Source of the DNA: Scyliorhinus canicula | Taxonomy: Eukaryota | Reading direction: 5' to 3' | NCBI RefSeq assembly: GCF_902713615.1 | Contig: NC_052146.1 | Location: 181,924,143-181,988,142, forward strand | DNA length: 64,000 nt | Shown: positions 25,058 to 38,618 of the stretch, in pieces | How positions within the stretch are numbered: position 1 is the first letter of the stretch | Layout: every line of letters starts with the position of its first letter | Program-made: the position numbers and the translations under genes | The notes under the pieces: generated by a model | What the model saw: the letters and a program-made list of their open reading frames with translations, nothing else | The model's database searches: none | Told to the model about the DNA's origin: nothing

Positions 25058-25317
25058 GCCTCTTGGGCTTATGACTGAAAAAGCTGCCGATCTGCGCAAA
25101 AACAGACAGTTGGCAACTTACTCCGTATCCTATTGTTAAACTTTACTTGTCTAAATATTACTTTTTAAAAAGAAAAATCCTCATGACATTGCGCTTTAAA
25201 AAAAAGAGCTGAAGCCAAGCCTTCCTTGAGGAACGTGACCAATGAGCTTGTGTTAATAAACAATGTTTCTGGTCAACATCCTCAGCCTGACCCTCATCTC
25301 GAACTCTCACCTCTGAC

Positions 25318-25352
25318 CTGTCCCTTTGCCCCTCCGGGATTTCCGCTGACAT
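25318..25352 (-). CDS. C6orf118: C6orf118-like coding exon 1 (MSAEIPEGQRD-R)
   Basis: ATG at 25352; phase-2 donor AG|GTCAGA at 25317 matches the phase of exon 2; lies in a CpG island. Confidence 0.6.
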
Positions 25353-25439
25353 TTCCCTCCAGCGGGTTCATCCGAACTGATCGGCGCTGGGAAACTGCTG
25401 AGGAAACCCGGGAACCCGGCCGGATGACATTCGCATCCC

Positions 25440-25560
25440 GAATCCGATCCCGATCCCGCCGCCGCCGCCGCCGCCACCTTGCGTGCGCCGGGCTTCCCGG
25501 TTACTAGGCAACCGCCACATCCGGTGCGACCATCCCTACTTCCGGTGATGTCAGCTGGAC
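25440..25560 (-). promoter_or_regulatory. CpG-island promoter of the C6orf118-like gene with RFX X-box and ETS motifs
   Basis: GTTACTAGGCAAC at 25500-25512; ACATCCGG at 25517-25524; ACTTCCGG at 25538-25545; (CCG)n at about 25456-25475. Confidence 0.75.
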
Positions 25561-26693
25561 CCAGCAGGTGATGATATGGCCTGACCTTCAGAAACTCAGC
25601 TGAATGTTTCTGTCAGGTACATCACTGACTGGAGCTTTTCAGATCCCTTATTAGAAAGGATACGTCACCAAAATAAAAGTAAATTACTGTGGGTGCTGGA
25701 AATCTAAAATAAAATCATAAAATATTGGAAAAACTTAAATATTATATCAGTAAAAGCACTGCTCTTCACAGCCAGCAGTCACAACCTAATCCTAATCAGC
25801 AAATTAAACATTCCAGGACAGAAGGAAACACCAAGCATTCTTCACATCAAAAGTTCTCGTTACATTTATAACTATTTACGAACGACATCATTTGGCTCTT
25901 TATCCTTACCTCAGGTCGAGGCATCCAGAGCAAAGAGGCATAGTCTTACAATTAGAGATAGATTTTCTCATGAAGGGGGAGTGGAAATTTGGAATTCAGT
26001 AACAACTTGCATTTATATTGTATCTTTAATGAGCCAAGGGCACTTTACTGATGTCAGTAAAGGACCTTTACTGATCAAAGCTTGGCACCAAACCAGGACA
26101 GTTGACCTAAAGCTTTATGAAAAGCAGAGGTTTTAAGGGGGAAAGAAGAGATTTAGGGAAGAACCCCCAGAGTTTAGGACTTTGATAGCTGAAGGTACAG
26201 ATCACAGTGGTGAAGCAATTAAATTCAGGGCTGCACAAGAAGACAGAATAGAGGACAAATATTTGTAGGACTGGTAAGGTTACAGACAAAGCAGGGAAAG
26301 GGCATGAATTTTAAAATCAAAATGTTGCATAAACTGAGCAAATGTAGATCCGTGGATGGGTGATGAATTTTTTTAAGTATATTTTTTTTCCCTTTTTCAC
26401 ATTTTCATCCAACAACAACAACAAATGACCAACAATAATAAATACAATGGCAATCCCCTGACCAACAACCACATTATCCTCCAAATCCCCAAACAACCCC
26501 AACATCTTAAATACAGGACAAGAAAGAAAAATAATCCACCCTCATCCCATACATAATCACCAATAACCTGTACATTCGACCCCCCCCCCCCCCCACCCCC
26601 AATGTTTGATATCATCCAATTCCTGGAAGTGCATGACAAAGCCCATGAGTTGTAGAACCCTTCCGTCCTTTCCCTCAGCTCGAACGTCACCTT

Positions 26694-26860
26694 TTTTTTT
26701 TTTTTTTTTTAATTTAGAGTACCCAATTATTTTTTCCAATTAAGGGGCAATTTAGAGTGGTCAATCTACCTACCCTGCACATCTTTGGGTTGTGGGGGTG
26801 AAACCCACGCAGACACGGGGAGAATGTGCAAACTCCACACGGACAGTGACCCAGGGCCGG
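26694..26860 (-). mobile_element. 5'-truncated poly(A) V-SINE with 13-bp TSD
   Basis: Long T tract; TSD CGAACGTCACCTT at 26681-26693 and 26861-26873. Confidence 0.9.
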
Positions 26861-29097
26861 CGAACGTCACCTTCTTGAGCGTTAAAAACTCCAGCAGGCC
26901 CACCACACCAAGGCACAGGGTGGAGAAGTTGACGTCCAACCCAACAGGTCCCGACTTTGAGCAAATCAGTGAGGCGAAGGCTAAGACATCTGTGACCGCT
27001 CCCTCCTCCAACCCCAGCTGGTCCAACACCCCAAATATGGCTTCTAGGGGTCCTGGTTCTAACCTCATGTGCACCACCCTTGAGATAACCCTGAAGACCT
27101 CCCTCCAATACCCCTCCAGGTTTGGACAGGACCAAAACATATAAACGTGATTTGCGGGGCACCTTCCAAAGCGTTCACATGCATCTTCAACTCCCAGCAA
27201 AGAGTCAGCTCATTCTTGTACTCGGTGAGGTGCGCCCTATACACTACCTTCAGCTGTATCAGCCCCAACCTCATGCGTGAGGTTGAGACGTTTACCCTCT
27301 GGAGCACCACACACCACATACCCTCTCCTAACTCTTCCTTCCACTTAGCTTTAATCCGCTCCAATGATACCTTGTCCTCCCCCAGAATCACTCCCTAGTT
27401 CGCCGACACCCCCCCCCCCCTTCTCCATTCCCCCTGTCGTCAATACCTCTTCCAATACTGTGGGGGCCGGCGCCATCGAAAAGCTCTGAACCTCCTTCCT
27501 GGCAAAATCTCGGACCTGCATATATCTAAACATCTCCCCCTGCCCCAACCCAACCCATATTCCTCCACCAGCCTCGCAAACAGGCCCCAGAAACAAGTCT
27601 TTTACACCCTAACTCCCCTTTCCTCCCTTCTCTACGAAAACTCACATCCCACCTCCCCGGCTCAAACCTATGATTCCCCCAATCAGCATCTCCCTTAACT
27701 CCACCCACAACTTAAAATGCTGCCTCAACTGTCTCCAAATCTTCAAAGTCGTCACCACCACTGGACTCCCTGAATATTTTCCCAGGGCCATCAGAAGCGG
27801 CGCTGTTTGCAACGCCCTCAGCCCCGTCCCCTGCACAGACTCTCCTCCATTCTAACTCACTAAGAGACCCCCCTTCTAACCCAGCTCCTCACCTTTTTAG
27901 CATTCGCCGCCCAGTAATTAAATAGTAAACTCAGGAGACCCAAACCCCCCCGACTGCCGTCCTCGCTACAGCACCACAAAATATTTGCTTTGTCCAAATT
28001 TAGCTTATACCCCGAAAACGACCCAAACACTTGGAGAATTTCCAGTATACCTCCCATCAACACACTTGGTTCCCGCACGTACAATAACAAATCACCCACC
28101 CCCCTGCACTATCCCCCTCCACATTCCCAAACTCCTCAACGCGATGGCCAGAGGCTCAATCGCAAGCGTAAACAACAAGGGGTACATAGGACTCCCCTGT
28201 GCGGACACCCGCTCTCAGCTCCCTGCATAGTAATCCTGCCCACTCCACAAACCGCAGCCCAATCCCAAACTCTCTAACACCACAATCAAATACCCCCACT
28301 CGACCCGGTCAAACGCCTTCTCGGCGACCAGCGCAACCACCTCTGTCTCCCTCCCGTCCATCAGTGCCATAACTACATTCAGTACCTCCTAATATTCAAA
28401 AAGAGCTGCCTCCCTTTCCCAAACCCCATTTGATCTTCCCCTATCACCTTCGGGAGGCACTCCTCCAACCTACCCGCCAACACCTTCGCCAACACCTTTG
28501 CATCACATTCAACAGTGATATGGGCCTATACGACCCACACTCTGTTGGATCCTCACCCTTCTTTAGCAAAAGGAGATTGATGCCTGTCCCAAAGTCTGTG
28601 GCAACACCCCTTCCCTATCGCCTCCTCAAACATCCCCACCATCAGCGGCACCAACTTATCCCTAAATTTCGTATAGTGCTCCACCGGAAACCCATCTGGC
28701 CCTGCTACCTTCCCCGACTGCATCCTCCCAATTGTTTCCTTTATCTCCTGCTCCCCCATTGCCCCCTCCAATGCGGTCCTATCCTCCTCCCCCAATCTCA
28801 AGTATTCCAAACCATCTAGGAATTCTTGCATCGCCCGATCCTCCCCCGGTGGCTCCAACCTATACAACTTCTCATAAAACTCCTCTAACACCCTATTAAT
28901 CTGATCTGGAGCCACCACCAACTTCCCTGCCCTATCCCGCACCTGAACAATTTCCCTCGCCGTTGCCTTCCTCCAATGTTGGCCTGCCAGCATATGCCCT
29001 GCCTTCTCTCCATATTCGTAGACTGCTCCCCTCGCCTGCCTCAATTGACACACCGCTTTCCTTGTGGACAGCCGATCAAAGCTCTTCTCCAAAATCA

Positions 29098-29345
29098 GGG
29101 CTGATTTAGCTCAGTGGGCTAAACAGCTGGTTTGTGGTGCAGAACATGGCCAGCAGTGTGGTTTCAATTCCCGTACCAGCTGAGAATTCTGAATTCTCCC
29201 TCTGTGTACCCGAACAGGTGCCGGAATCTGCCGATTAGGGGCTTTTCACAGTGACTTCATTGCAGTGTTAATGTCAGTCTACTTGTGACAATAAAATATT
29301 ATTTTATTTATTTTACATTAATATTTTTTTTTTACATTTACATTT
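29098..29345 (+). mobile_element. tRNA-headed SINE (non-V head) with Rex1-like tail; hybrid form
   Basis: gggctgatttagctcag head; attctgaattctccctctgtgtacccgaacagg linker; cttttcacagt...gtgacaataa tail. Confidence 0.8.
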
Positions 29346-30335
29346 AAATCGCTGGTTCCACCTCCTCTGCATAGCTCTTGCCTACCTCCAACATCTCATC
29401 TATCAACCTTTGCCACTCATCTCTCTCCACGTATTCCTCAATTACTTTTCCAATCTTATCACAAAACCCTTGGGCCCTTAACAACCCCACATCCAATCTC
29501 CACCCTGGCCTCTGCACATCCCCCTTCTCCAACACCATGTCCACCCAATGCAGCACATGATCCGATATTGCAATTGCCAAATCTGCCAATCCCGTAACAT
29601 CTACCACAAAAAAAAATCTATCCTCGAATAGACCTTATGGACTGAAGAGAAAAACGATTGTTCCCGCTCATCCGGGTGCAGAAACCTCCAAGAGTCCACT
29701 CCCCAACATAAGTCCAGTCAACGCCTTTGCCCCTCCCCCGACTGGGCAGGTGACCACGACCGTGACCTGTCCAATCTTGGTTCCTGCACCAGATTACAGT
29801 CTCCACCCAATATCAACTTATTTGAATCCAAGTCGGGTTGGCCCCACAGACCTTCTTCACAAATCCTACATCTTCCCAGTTAGGGCCACGCTTGCCAATG
29901 CCACCAACTTCCCCCTCCAAGGCCCTTGTCACTATCACAAAGCTACCTTCCTGATCCGCCACCACTTTCTCCATTTGGAACCTTACTCTTTTACTAATCA
30001 AGACCACTACCATCCGCACCCTGCCATCAAAACTCATGTGAAACACCTGACTGACCCAGACTTCCCTGAGCCTCACCTGATCGTTCACCCTCAAATGAGT
30101 CTCCTGCAGCATCATAACATCAGCCTTCAAACTCTTCAGGTGCGCAAGCACCCTTGACCTCTTCACTGGTCCTCCCATGTCCCTCACGTTCCACGTAATT
30201 AGCCTAACAGGGGGTCTCACTTACTCCCATCCCCTTCCTATCCACCATCATCATAACGCCGGGCCCTGCCCTCTGTGCCTGACCCGCCCACATCCATTGT
30301 TAACATCGAACCTCTCCCACAGCTCCCAGAATCCC

Positions 30336-30516
30336 AGGGACTGGTTTAGCACAGGGCTAAAGAGCTGGCTTTGAAAGCAGACCAAGGCAGGCCAGCAGCA
30401 CGGTTCAATTCCCGTACCAGCCTCCCCGAACAGGCGCTGGAATGTGGCAACTAGGGGCTTTTCACAGTAACTTCATTTGAAGCCTACTTGTGACAATAAG
30501 TGATTTTCATTCATTT
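30336..30516 (+). mobile_element. Short tRNA-headed SINE with Rex1-like tail and 9-bp TSD
   Basis: TSD CAGAATCCC at 30327-30335 and 30517-30525; tail ending (cattt)n. Confidence 0.85.
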
Positions 30517-32852
30517 CAGAATCCCTCCACTTCCTCTCGAAGAAACCTCACCCAGCATCGATCCCGTTCACCCCCTTTTCTCACCTCCTAGGCCCATTGA
30601 AACCTGCTCTCCAGGCTCCAATGTTTGCAGCCCCTTCCTGCACCACACTTCTGTTCACTAGCCAACTAACGCTTGCCAGTGCAGGGATCCCTGCCCAGGC
30701 GTCCCCTCCCCTCTGCCCCTGCCCCCGCCCCCCCGTCCAGTCCGAGGAAAGCAACCAGAAAAAATAACTTGCCTCCCCTCAACCCAACATATCCCATGCA
30801 AACATACACATCTCAGAAAAACCGTCGCTACAAAAAACAATAAAAACTTAACCTCTATAACAGCATGAAGTAAAAATATAAACCAAAACTGTGTGTATAC
30901 ACTCTCCCAACTCCCCTTCCACAGTCCACAACCCCTCTTCAGTCCCATTCCTCACTGCTGCCCCAAGCCTTCTGCCTTCACAAATGCCTCCGCTGCCTCC
31001 ATCTTCTCAAAATAAAAGTCTCTGGAATTGTAGGTCACCCTCAGCTTCGCTGGATGCACCATGCCAAACCGCATCCAGTTATATAGTGTCGCCTTCACCC
31101 GGCCGAAAGCCTTTCGCCTCACTGCCAGTTCCACCGTCAAATCCTGGTAAATGCGTACACCAACACGACCCCATTGCACCTCCCACTTCTGCTTCGCCCA
31201 ATTCAGGACGTTCCCCTTCATGTGGTACCTGTGAAAACAAATGATCGCTGCTCTTGGTGGCTCATTCATCTTCGGTTTAGGCCTCAACAACCGATGAGCC
31301 TGGCCCAGTTCATACCGAGAGGGTTCCTCTCCCTCTCCCATCAACTCCACCAACATCATGACAAAGTACTCTTTAGGCCTCGGGCCCTCCACCCCCTCCG
31401 GCAGGCCCACAATCCTCAGATTTTGCCACCTTGAACAGTTCGCCAAGTCCTCCAACTTTGCTCGCAGCCCCTTGTTGGGCTCGACCACCCTCCGCAGCTC
31501 ATCCTCTATCGAGGTGAGCTGATCGCTGAGCTGCGACATGGCTCCTCCACTCCCTTCATCCTCTTGTTCTGCTCACTCACCTCAGCCGATGCCTCCAACA
31601 CAGCCACCCTCACCGGGGTAATTGCCTCCTCGACCAATGCCTTCAATGCCACCGTCATCTCCTTCCTCAGCACCTGCAAAATGCTTCTCCAATTCCCAGG
31701 ACATCACCTCAGTCACCTTCTCTGCCATAAACAGTGCGGCCCCACCCAGCGACCCAGCCTGCACCACCTTGCCAACTCCCGGCTGGCCCTTTCACTTGAC
31801 GGTGAACCCTCACTACTCCCTTCTTCATGGCAGTTTTCTTCTGACTCTTCGACATTATTCGCCTTCTTTATGCCTTCCTGCACTTGATCATTAACAAATT
31901 GCCCCCAGGACCAGACATTAAAACACCTAAAAACAAGCTTCGAACAGGAGCCACCCAACGTGTCTCATCCCCTCTACATGCCGCCACTAGAAGTGCCCTG
32001 GATGGGTGATGGGTTAACAAGACTTGTGGGGAGTTAGGATATGAACATCTGAGTTTTGGATGACCTTATGTTTATAGAGGATAGAAGATAGGGGGTCAGC
32101 CAGAGCATGTTACGAATAGTCAAGGGAAGCAGTAGCATCATGGTTATGTTACTGGACTAATAATCCACTGGCCTAGACTAATGATCGGGAGTCATGAGCC
32201 TGGGAACATTTGAATTTCGCTAAACAAAGTCTGAAATTAAAAATATAGTATCAGGAGTCATGATCATGACACTACTGGATTGTTGTAATAACCTATCTGT
32301 TTTACCAATGCCCTTTAGAGAAGAAAGTCTGTTATATTTACTTGGTCTGACCAAGATCCATAACAGGTTGACCCACCAAGCCACTTAATTGTGTTCAAGA
32401 AGGTGGCTTTCCTGCGTAGTAAGGGTTAGGCAATAAATGTTGTCCTTGCCAGAAAAATCTACTTTCTGTGAGTAAATAAGGGGAAAAAAGTAACAGACAT
32501 GAATGGAGGTTTCAGCAGTGGATGAGCTGAGGCAGAGGTGGAATTAGTTTAAGTTATGGAGGTGAAAATATGCAGTCTTAACGATGGCATGGATCAAATG
32601 GCCATGGGTGGTTTGTCAAGTGAAATGTTCAAGACTGAAACTGCCAGAGTTTTGTTGAATATTGAGGAATTTGGAGAAAAGATCAACAAATGAAGTTGAG
32701 GTAAAGATCGGCCATGAACTCAATTCAACCCTGAAGCATGCAACAGGGTTGAGGGACTGAATGGCCTATTCTTGTTCTTATCTTCCTATCTTGGAGAGAG
32801 ACCCTGCAGAATATCTTTATGTTTTTGTAATCTTCCAGCATCTTTGTTTTCA

Positions 32853-33581
32853 TGCAAAGCTAGGATACTGGACCAGACTCCAATGTATGTTAGGAAAGTA
32901 GACGAGAAACCCCAACAACTTTGCAATTTATAAACTGTGTGGAAAAGATACTTCACCTAAGGAGTACTCCCACTGACAAATAGGGATATTTTATATTGAA
33001 AGAAACTTTATTCTTAACACAGGACCAACTACATTAACATCACAGACAATAGCTTACAATCAACAGTTAAACAGGTTGTAACATTAAAAGGAAACACTTA
33101 AATTTTTAACTTATACCATCTCATCTCCAATTAAGCAAAGTCCATTACAGGTCAAAAAACACTTGTAAATAAAGGTAGCAAGCACAGGGACACTTGCTGT
33201 CCTCTGTGTAGAGAGTTGCTTTCAGCAAACGAGAGAGACCCCTTCAAGGCACAACCGACAAGGCCTTCTGTCTTTGGCAGACTAAAAGCTAATCTGCTTG
33301 CTACAGACCTGACCCCTTCCATTAATTACATCATCTCTATCCCACTGTGATCTTAGGACCATCTTACAAAGGCCCCACCCTAATTATCTAAACCCTAGAG
33401 AACCTTCTTTCCATAAGCCATTAGCCCAATATAGGAAAACAAGTGAACTTGTTTTTACTTTTATAACACTTTAATTGCATCTTTTGCAGACACATCACCT
33501 GCCTGTATGTTAAACCAGGATTTATAAATGTATTACTACTGCAACAGATCTATAATACAATATATATAACAATTTCCTACA
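32853..33581 (-). mobile_element. Possible solo LTR
   Basis: TG...CA ends, minus-strand AATAAA near 33007, imperfect 4-bp flanks (ttca/ttga). Confidence 0.35.
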
Positions 33582-34195
33582 TTGATCACAGCAAGGACTC
33601 CTATAATCATCATTCATTTTCTATGTACATATGGACTGAGATGTCTTATGCCTCCACTCAATTAGGCTCTGTACCTGCATCCTCTGGCAACCTTATGCTC
33701 TCTAAACTAACAAGACTCTCAAAGTGGTGTAAGTTATGAGTGTATGTGTGAGTGTAGGTGAGTGAATATGTACGTGCGTGAATAAATATCTTGAACCAAA
33801 CTTTTACACATGAAGCTTATCTTTTGTATTAAATATTCATGAGAAGAATCAGGTAAAAGAGAAAGCTTAATTTGATTCATCAAAATCGAGCTAGGCAAAC
33901 AATGAAATGAACAATCGATCCCCTATAGAACTACACCTGTAAGCTGATTTGTAACATTGTATTCAAAGGTTTAAGGTACTGAAGCTATTGCAACATTCAA
34001 GGGGAGTTACACTTCAACTACAGACTATTGAAAACATAGAAAAAGACAAATGGTAAAAGACAAACATTTCGCCAAAAATCACATAGAATAGCTGGATTGT
34101 AATGTTAACGTTAACCCATTTTGTATATTTTGTAGTAAAACTGTTTTATGATATTTCCCCCCAGGATTTTTTTGCTGAATGTTGAATGGACAAGG

Positions 34196-34229
<34 letters not shown>

Positions 34230-34269
34230 CAAAACCAGGTTCCTCCGCAGCATTCTGCAGTCTTTCACT

Positions 34270-35560
34270 TTAAATAATATTCTGCTTTTCTATTCTTCTT
34301 GCCAAAGTGGGCAGCCTCACATTTTTCCACATTATAGTCCACAGTTCACTTAACCAATCTATATCTCTTTGTATCCTCCTCACAGCTTGCTTTCCTACCA
34401 ATCTTTCTATCATCAGCAATGTGGCGAGAATACAGTTGGTCTCTTCATCCAAGTCATTTATGGAACGTAAATAGTTGAGGCCCCAGCAGCACCAATCTCT
34501 GCTGTACTCCACTGGCTACAGTTCATCAGCCTGAAAATGACCTACTTACCCACTTCTCTGTTTCCTGTTAGTTAGCTGGCCCTCTATCCATGCTAGTATA
34601 TCATTCCCGACGCCATGAATTCTTATCTTGTGAAGTGACATTTTATGCGGCATCTTATCAAATACCTTTTAGAAATCCAAATACACAACATCTACTGGTT
34701 CCTTTATCCATCCTCCTTGTTACATCTTCAAAGACTTGAATTTTTCAAACAGAATTTCCTTTCACAAAATAATGTTGATGCTGCACGATTGTAGTATGAT
34801 TTTCTCAGTGATCTGCTACCTCCTCAATAATAGATTCTAACATTTTCTGAATGACAGATGTTGCCCAATAGTTTCCTATTTGCTGCCACCCTCCTTTTTT
34901 GAGTATTTGTGTTACAGTTTCTAATCAACTGGGGCCTTTCCAGAATCTAGGGAATTTTGGAAGATCACAACCAATGCATCTACTATCTCTGCAGCCACTT
35001 CCTTTAAGACCCTGGGATGAAGGCTATCAGGTCCAGGGCATTTGTCAGCCTTAAAAAGTCTAATTTTTCCCCCCATATTTTTTTCTCTGGCAATTTTAAA
35101 ATGTTACTCCCTTCCTTTTGCCTCTTGATTTTATACGTTTCTTGGGAAACTTTGTCTTCTAATGTGAGGATAGATACAAAATACTTAATTGGCATCCTAA
35201 CCACCTTCTGGGGCTGGTTTAGCTCACAGCTAAATCGCTGGCTTTAAAGCAGACCAAGCAGGCCAGCAGCACGGTTCGATTCCCGTACCAGCCTCCCCGG
35301 ATAGGCGCCGGAATGTGGCGACTAGGGGCTTTTCACAGTAACTTCATTGAGGCCTACTCGTGACAATAAGCGATTTTCATTTTTCATTTCCTCGTTTTCT
35401 ATTAATTCTGCAGTCTCACCCTCTAAGGGACTAAAAGTTACTTTTATTACTTTCTTACTTTGTGAACAGGAAAAGCTTCTACTAGTATGTAAAATGGGTC
35501 TTAAAAACAGGTGCTTATTTGCATCCATGTTGTTCAAAACCTTATTTAATTTCTCTCTTA
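34270..35560 (-). mobile_element. Old degraded CR1 ORF2 fragment
   Basis: INDLDEE and other RT-like remnants; interrupted by the SINE at 35210-35390. Confidence 0.7.
35210..35390 (+). mobile_element. Young short tRNA-headed SINE with Rex1-like tail
   Basis: Near-identical to the reverse complement of 47507-47696. Confidence 0.88.
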
Positions 35561-35694
35561 GTTTTGTATTTCTTTGTATATATTCTAACTTTAGGAGACA
35601 AAAACTGTTGATTAATTTGATGAAAGGTCATATCTTGCCTGACCTGCTGCATGTTTCCAGCATCTTAGTATTTTGCTTTTGTTATGTTGCTTAT

Positions 35695-35852
35695 AATATG
35701 AGCTCAGTTGGCTAGACAGCTGGTTCGTGATGCAGAGCGAGAGTTCAGTTCCTGTATCGGCTGAGGTTATTCATGAAGTCCCCACCTTCTCAACCTTGCC
35801 CCTCACCTGAGATGTGGTGATCCTTGGGTGAAATCATCACCAGTCAGCTCTC
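35695..35852 (+). mobile_element. tRNA-derived SINE of a separate family (CCTGAG..GTGGTGATCC body)
   Basis: Homologous to 49941-50145. Confidence 0.7.
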
Positions 35853-37744
35853 TGTGAAGCCACTCTGGGTTCATTTGTTTCAACAACCCCACTGATCGTA
35901 AATCGCATTAGGTTCTAGTCGCAATCATTTGGCAAGAAAGAACACTTTAAATGATGAATTCAGAAAGATTATTACAAAGGTAGCAAGTCAAATAAAAAGC
36001 AAAGTCTCAATTAACAGAAGAGAAAGCTTAATTTGAACAATTGAAGACATCTCATCACCTTTCTCAGACCAAGTCGTAAAATGACAACCCAAAAAAAAAT
36101 TGCAGACAGCTCTCAGTACCTCTCCATAAACATAACGTCCGTCCGTCCGTACAAAATGGCTTCTCAGGACCCTCCTTTTATCCTGTAAAATATTGAAAGG
36201 CCACTGTACCCAATTGTTGGAAAAATGGCCAGTTGGCCTATCACTTGTCAATAATAGAATAATTAGCCCATTGCTTTTTAAAAAGCTAATTATGCATATT
36301 GCCTTAGTTTGGAGACATGCTTCTTCTCAAACTATATCTCTTATCTTGAGTCAGGCCTGGGTCTCGACCAATAACCAGTTAACTTAGTTGTCATTTGGAG
36401 TTGTGGTCCTTTAGACAAGGGCCTATTCAGTTCACTTCCTAGGCCAGGTTAACATTCATGTTATCTCTTTATTCTGTTTCCTGAGAAAAACACATTAATC
36501 TTTTTTCTCCCACAGCACTTTAAAAGTTTATTAATAATCAGGTCTTAATATGCTTATAATTACAAAAGTCAAACATTTTGTGTTCAAAATTAAATTTCCA
36601 GCCTATCAGATCCGTTTCTGAATTACTTATTCTTTAAGTGTCTTACAATTAAGGCTGTTGACTTAACTAATCTGATTGGTGTCCAATAACACTTGTTTAG
36701 TTTTTATTAAAATGGCTTCCATCAGTTTCAGCTGAGAACATATTAATTCAAACTACAAAATGATAGTCACACTAAAAGTGATTTTCAAACTACCAATAAG
36801 ATCTCAAAACAGATAATGGCATCCGTGCAGATGTAAACAGCTCCTTTGTATCTCGTCAAGATGGAGGATGGACTGTTTAGGGGTTAATAGCTGGAAGATT
36901 TAAAAAAATTAACTCGACTAAATGAGAGAATGGCTAGAGATGAGCCGCAGACACGAGTAAACAGTTTTTCCTTGGAATTCACAGTTGGCTTCCATTCCAG
37001 AAAGCCACTTCTGCAGTGAAAAAGCAAGGCTGGGCAATTAGTGAATTTTTATTGACTTTACTTCTTTTATTTGGCCAAGTTTAAACATCTGATTTTGTTT
37101 TTGCATGCTTGGAGCGGTTTTTTGTTGTTGCATTAATCAGAAGATGGGGTAGTTATATATTTTGTTCCACTCATGAATATGTCTGCCTTATTTCTTTAAA
37201 AACTGCATACAATCAAGTATATATTAAATTGGCAACATCCCTTCCTTTTTAAATTTGAGTTTTGTTATAACCGACCCAGGAGTGGGAAGTGAGAGCAGTC
37301 AGTTTACCCATCCTCACCTGGTTGTAACAAGGTATTCAGAATAGCTGAGTGCACCCATCTTTCCAAGGAGCACCGAGAGCACAAATGATCGACTATTCAC
37401 GGACAAATTCCAGAAATGTACAACAGACACAATGTGGTTCGATGCCCGTTTACAACTTGCTCCGGTAGCTGTTCTTGTAAGTATTGTGCATTAATCTCCT
37501 TATTCCAGCAACAAATTAAAAGTTGCTTTCCCTGAAAATCCCCCTCAGATTTGGGTGATGTTATCATGGACTCTCTCTTCCATTGAACGTTTTAATCTTA
37601 CAGGTGACAATGCAGGATGTGCGATGAGTAATCTGGTCCAAAGTCTACACTGTGACTGAAGGCCCATAGCGGTGATGTGGAAGGTAAACGCTGGCGTAAG
37701 CGTGGTTGGGCTGAATAGACCGTTTTGGTGATGCAACCCTACTG

Positions 37745-38040
37745 TCAATCTCTGCATTCCTCCAAATCGGGCCTCTTCTGCATCTCTGTCTTTCTTCACC
37801 CCCCCAATGGTGGCCACAATTTCAGCTGCCTGGACACTTGGGAGTTCCAGAATTCCCTGCTTAAACCTTTCCACTCCTCTAAGCCACTCCTTAAAACCTG
37901 CATCATAGACTAAAGCTTCTGGCCACATCTCCAGATGTCTCTTCATTTAACTCAAGTGTCAAATTTTATCTGATAACACTCCTATGAAGTACCTCGGGAC
38001 TTTTTACTAAGGTAAAGCTGTTATATAAATGAAAGTTTTC
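37745..38040 (+). mobile_element. L2-like LINE 3' remnant
   Basis: ggcctcttctgcatc..ccttaaaacc..gctgttatataaatgaaag, typical of L2 3' ends; similar remnants at about 54095-54200 and 63330-63560. Confidence 0.55.
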
Positions 38041-38120
38041 ATATCAATGAATGAGAAGAGTTGAATACTTGGCACAATCAGCCTCAAAAGCCGAGATAGA
38101 TATTTTTGAACAGTAAACAT

Positions 38121-38126
38121 TTTATT
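38121..38126 (-). promoter_or_regulatory. Candidate POLR3F polyadenylation signal
   Basis: AATAAA on the minus strand about 415 nt after the stop codon. Confidence 0.55.
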
Positions 38127-38540
38127 AGAGTTCCACGACAATCTTCTACAAGTAAAATCTGAATCAAGAAGTGTATACAAAATAAATTAAACGTTATTCA
38201 TAGAGAAGAAAGAAAAAAAATCAGCTTTTGCTTTCACGGTCAGACATTGAAAACCCCTCAGCTTCAATTCTCGGGTTATCTTCTCACGTCTTGTAATTGT
38301 GACCCTCGCATTACCCTTCATTTCGGTTTGTGAGGAAGCTAGGTCAGCACAAGGGAGAAAAGGATACAAGGGTTTGCTGCAGAGTGGTGGAAAGAGTCCC
38401 GTGTGGAGCATCGGCCAGTTGGGCTGAATTACCTGTTTCTGTGCCATGGACATGGTCAAAATCCATGGCCAGGCACACTGTCCGTTGTTTTAAATGATCA
38501 GCCAGTCGAGGAAAGTCCTTCCTTGCTCGCCCAACATCGG

Positions 38541-38618
38541 CTAAAATTCCAGCCACTCTGTCATGTACAAGCAAGTCGCTGGAGAAATGTCCCCACCTTC
38601 ATGGCAATCATCAAATAC
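38541..38618 (-). CDS. POLR3F: POLR3F coding exon 9 (VFDDCHEGGDISPATCLYMTEWLEF*)
   Basis: CAG acceptor at 38619-38621; TAG stop; matches the RPC6 C-terminus including Fe-S-type Cys residues. Confidence 0.96.
   Translation of the reverse strand, partial: VFDDCHEGGDISPATCLYMTEWLEF

Larger units (their letters stand above)
26366..31998 (-). mobile_element. Full-span decayed L1-clade LINE, inserted in an L2-like remnant and hosting three SINEs
   Basis: ORF1 30952-31539; APE LITWNVRDM, MLQETHL, SDH; RT GPDGF, SGYKLN; TSD TGGATGGGTGATG at 26353-26365 and 31999-32011. Confidence 0.92.

Noticed and set aside
24332-25139. Long Pro-rich and Gly/Arg-rich ORFs on both strands
   Set aside because: Translations of the GC-rich minisatellite; no coding evidence.
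34198-34227. Long C/G homopolymers (also about 1616-1645, 2880-2911, 59951-59983)
   Set aside because: Slippage-expanded tracts, mostly within L1; lengths are unreliable and no function is supported.
35853-37700. Unassigned AT-rich sequence possibly of ERV/LTR origin
   Set aside because: No recognisable ORF, TSD or primer-binding site; cannot be classified without a database search.
38187-38459. ORF containing GFQCL, reminiscent of RBBP9
   Set aside because: Lies in the POLR3F 3' UTR on the same strand with no other similarity; chance match.
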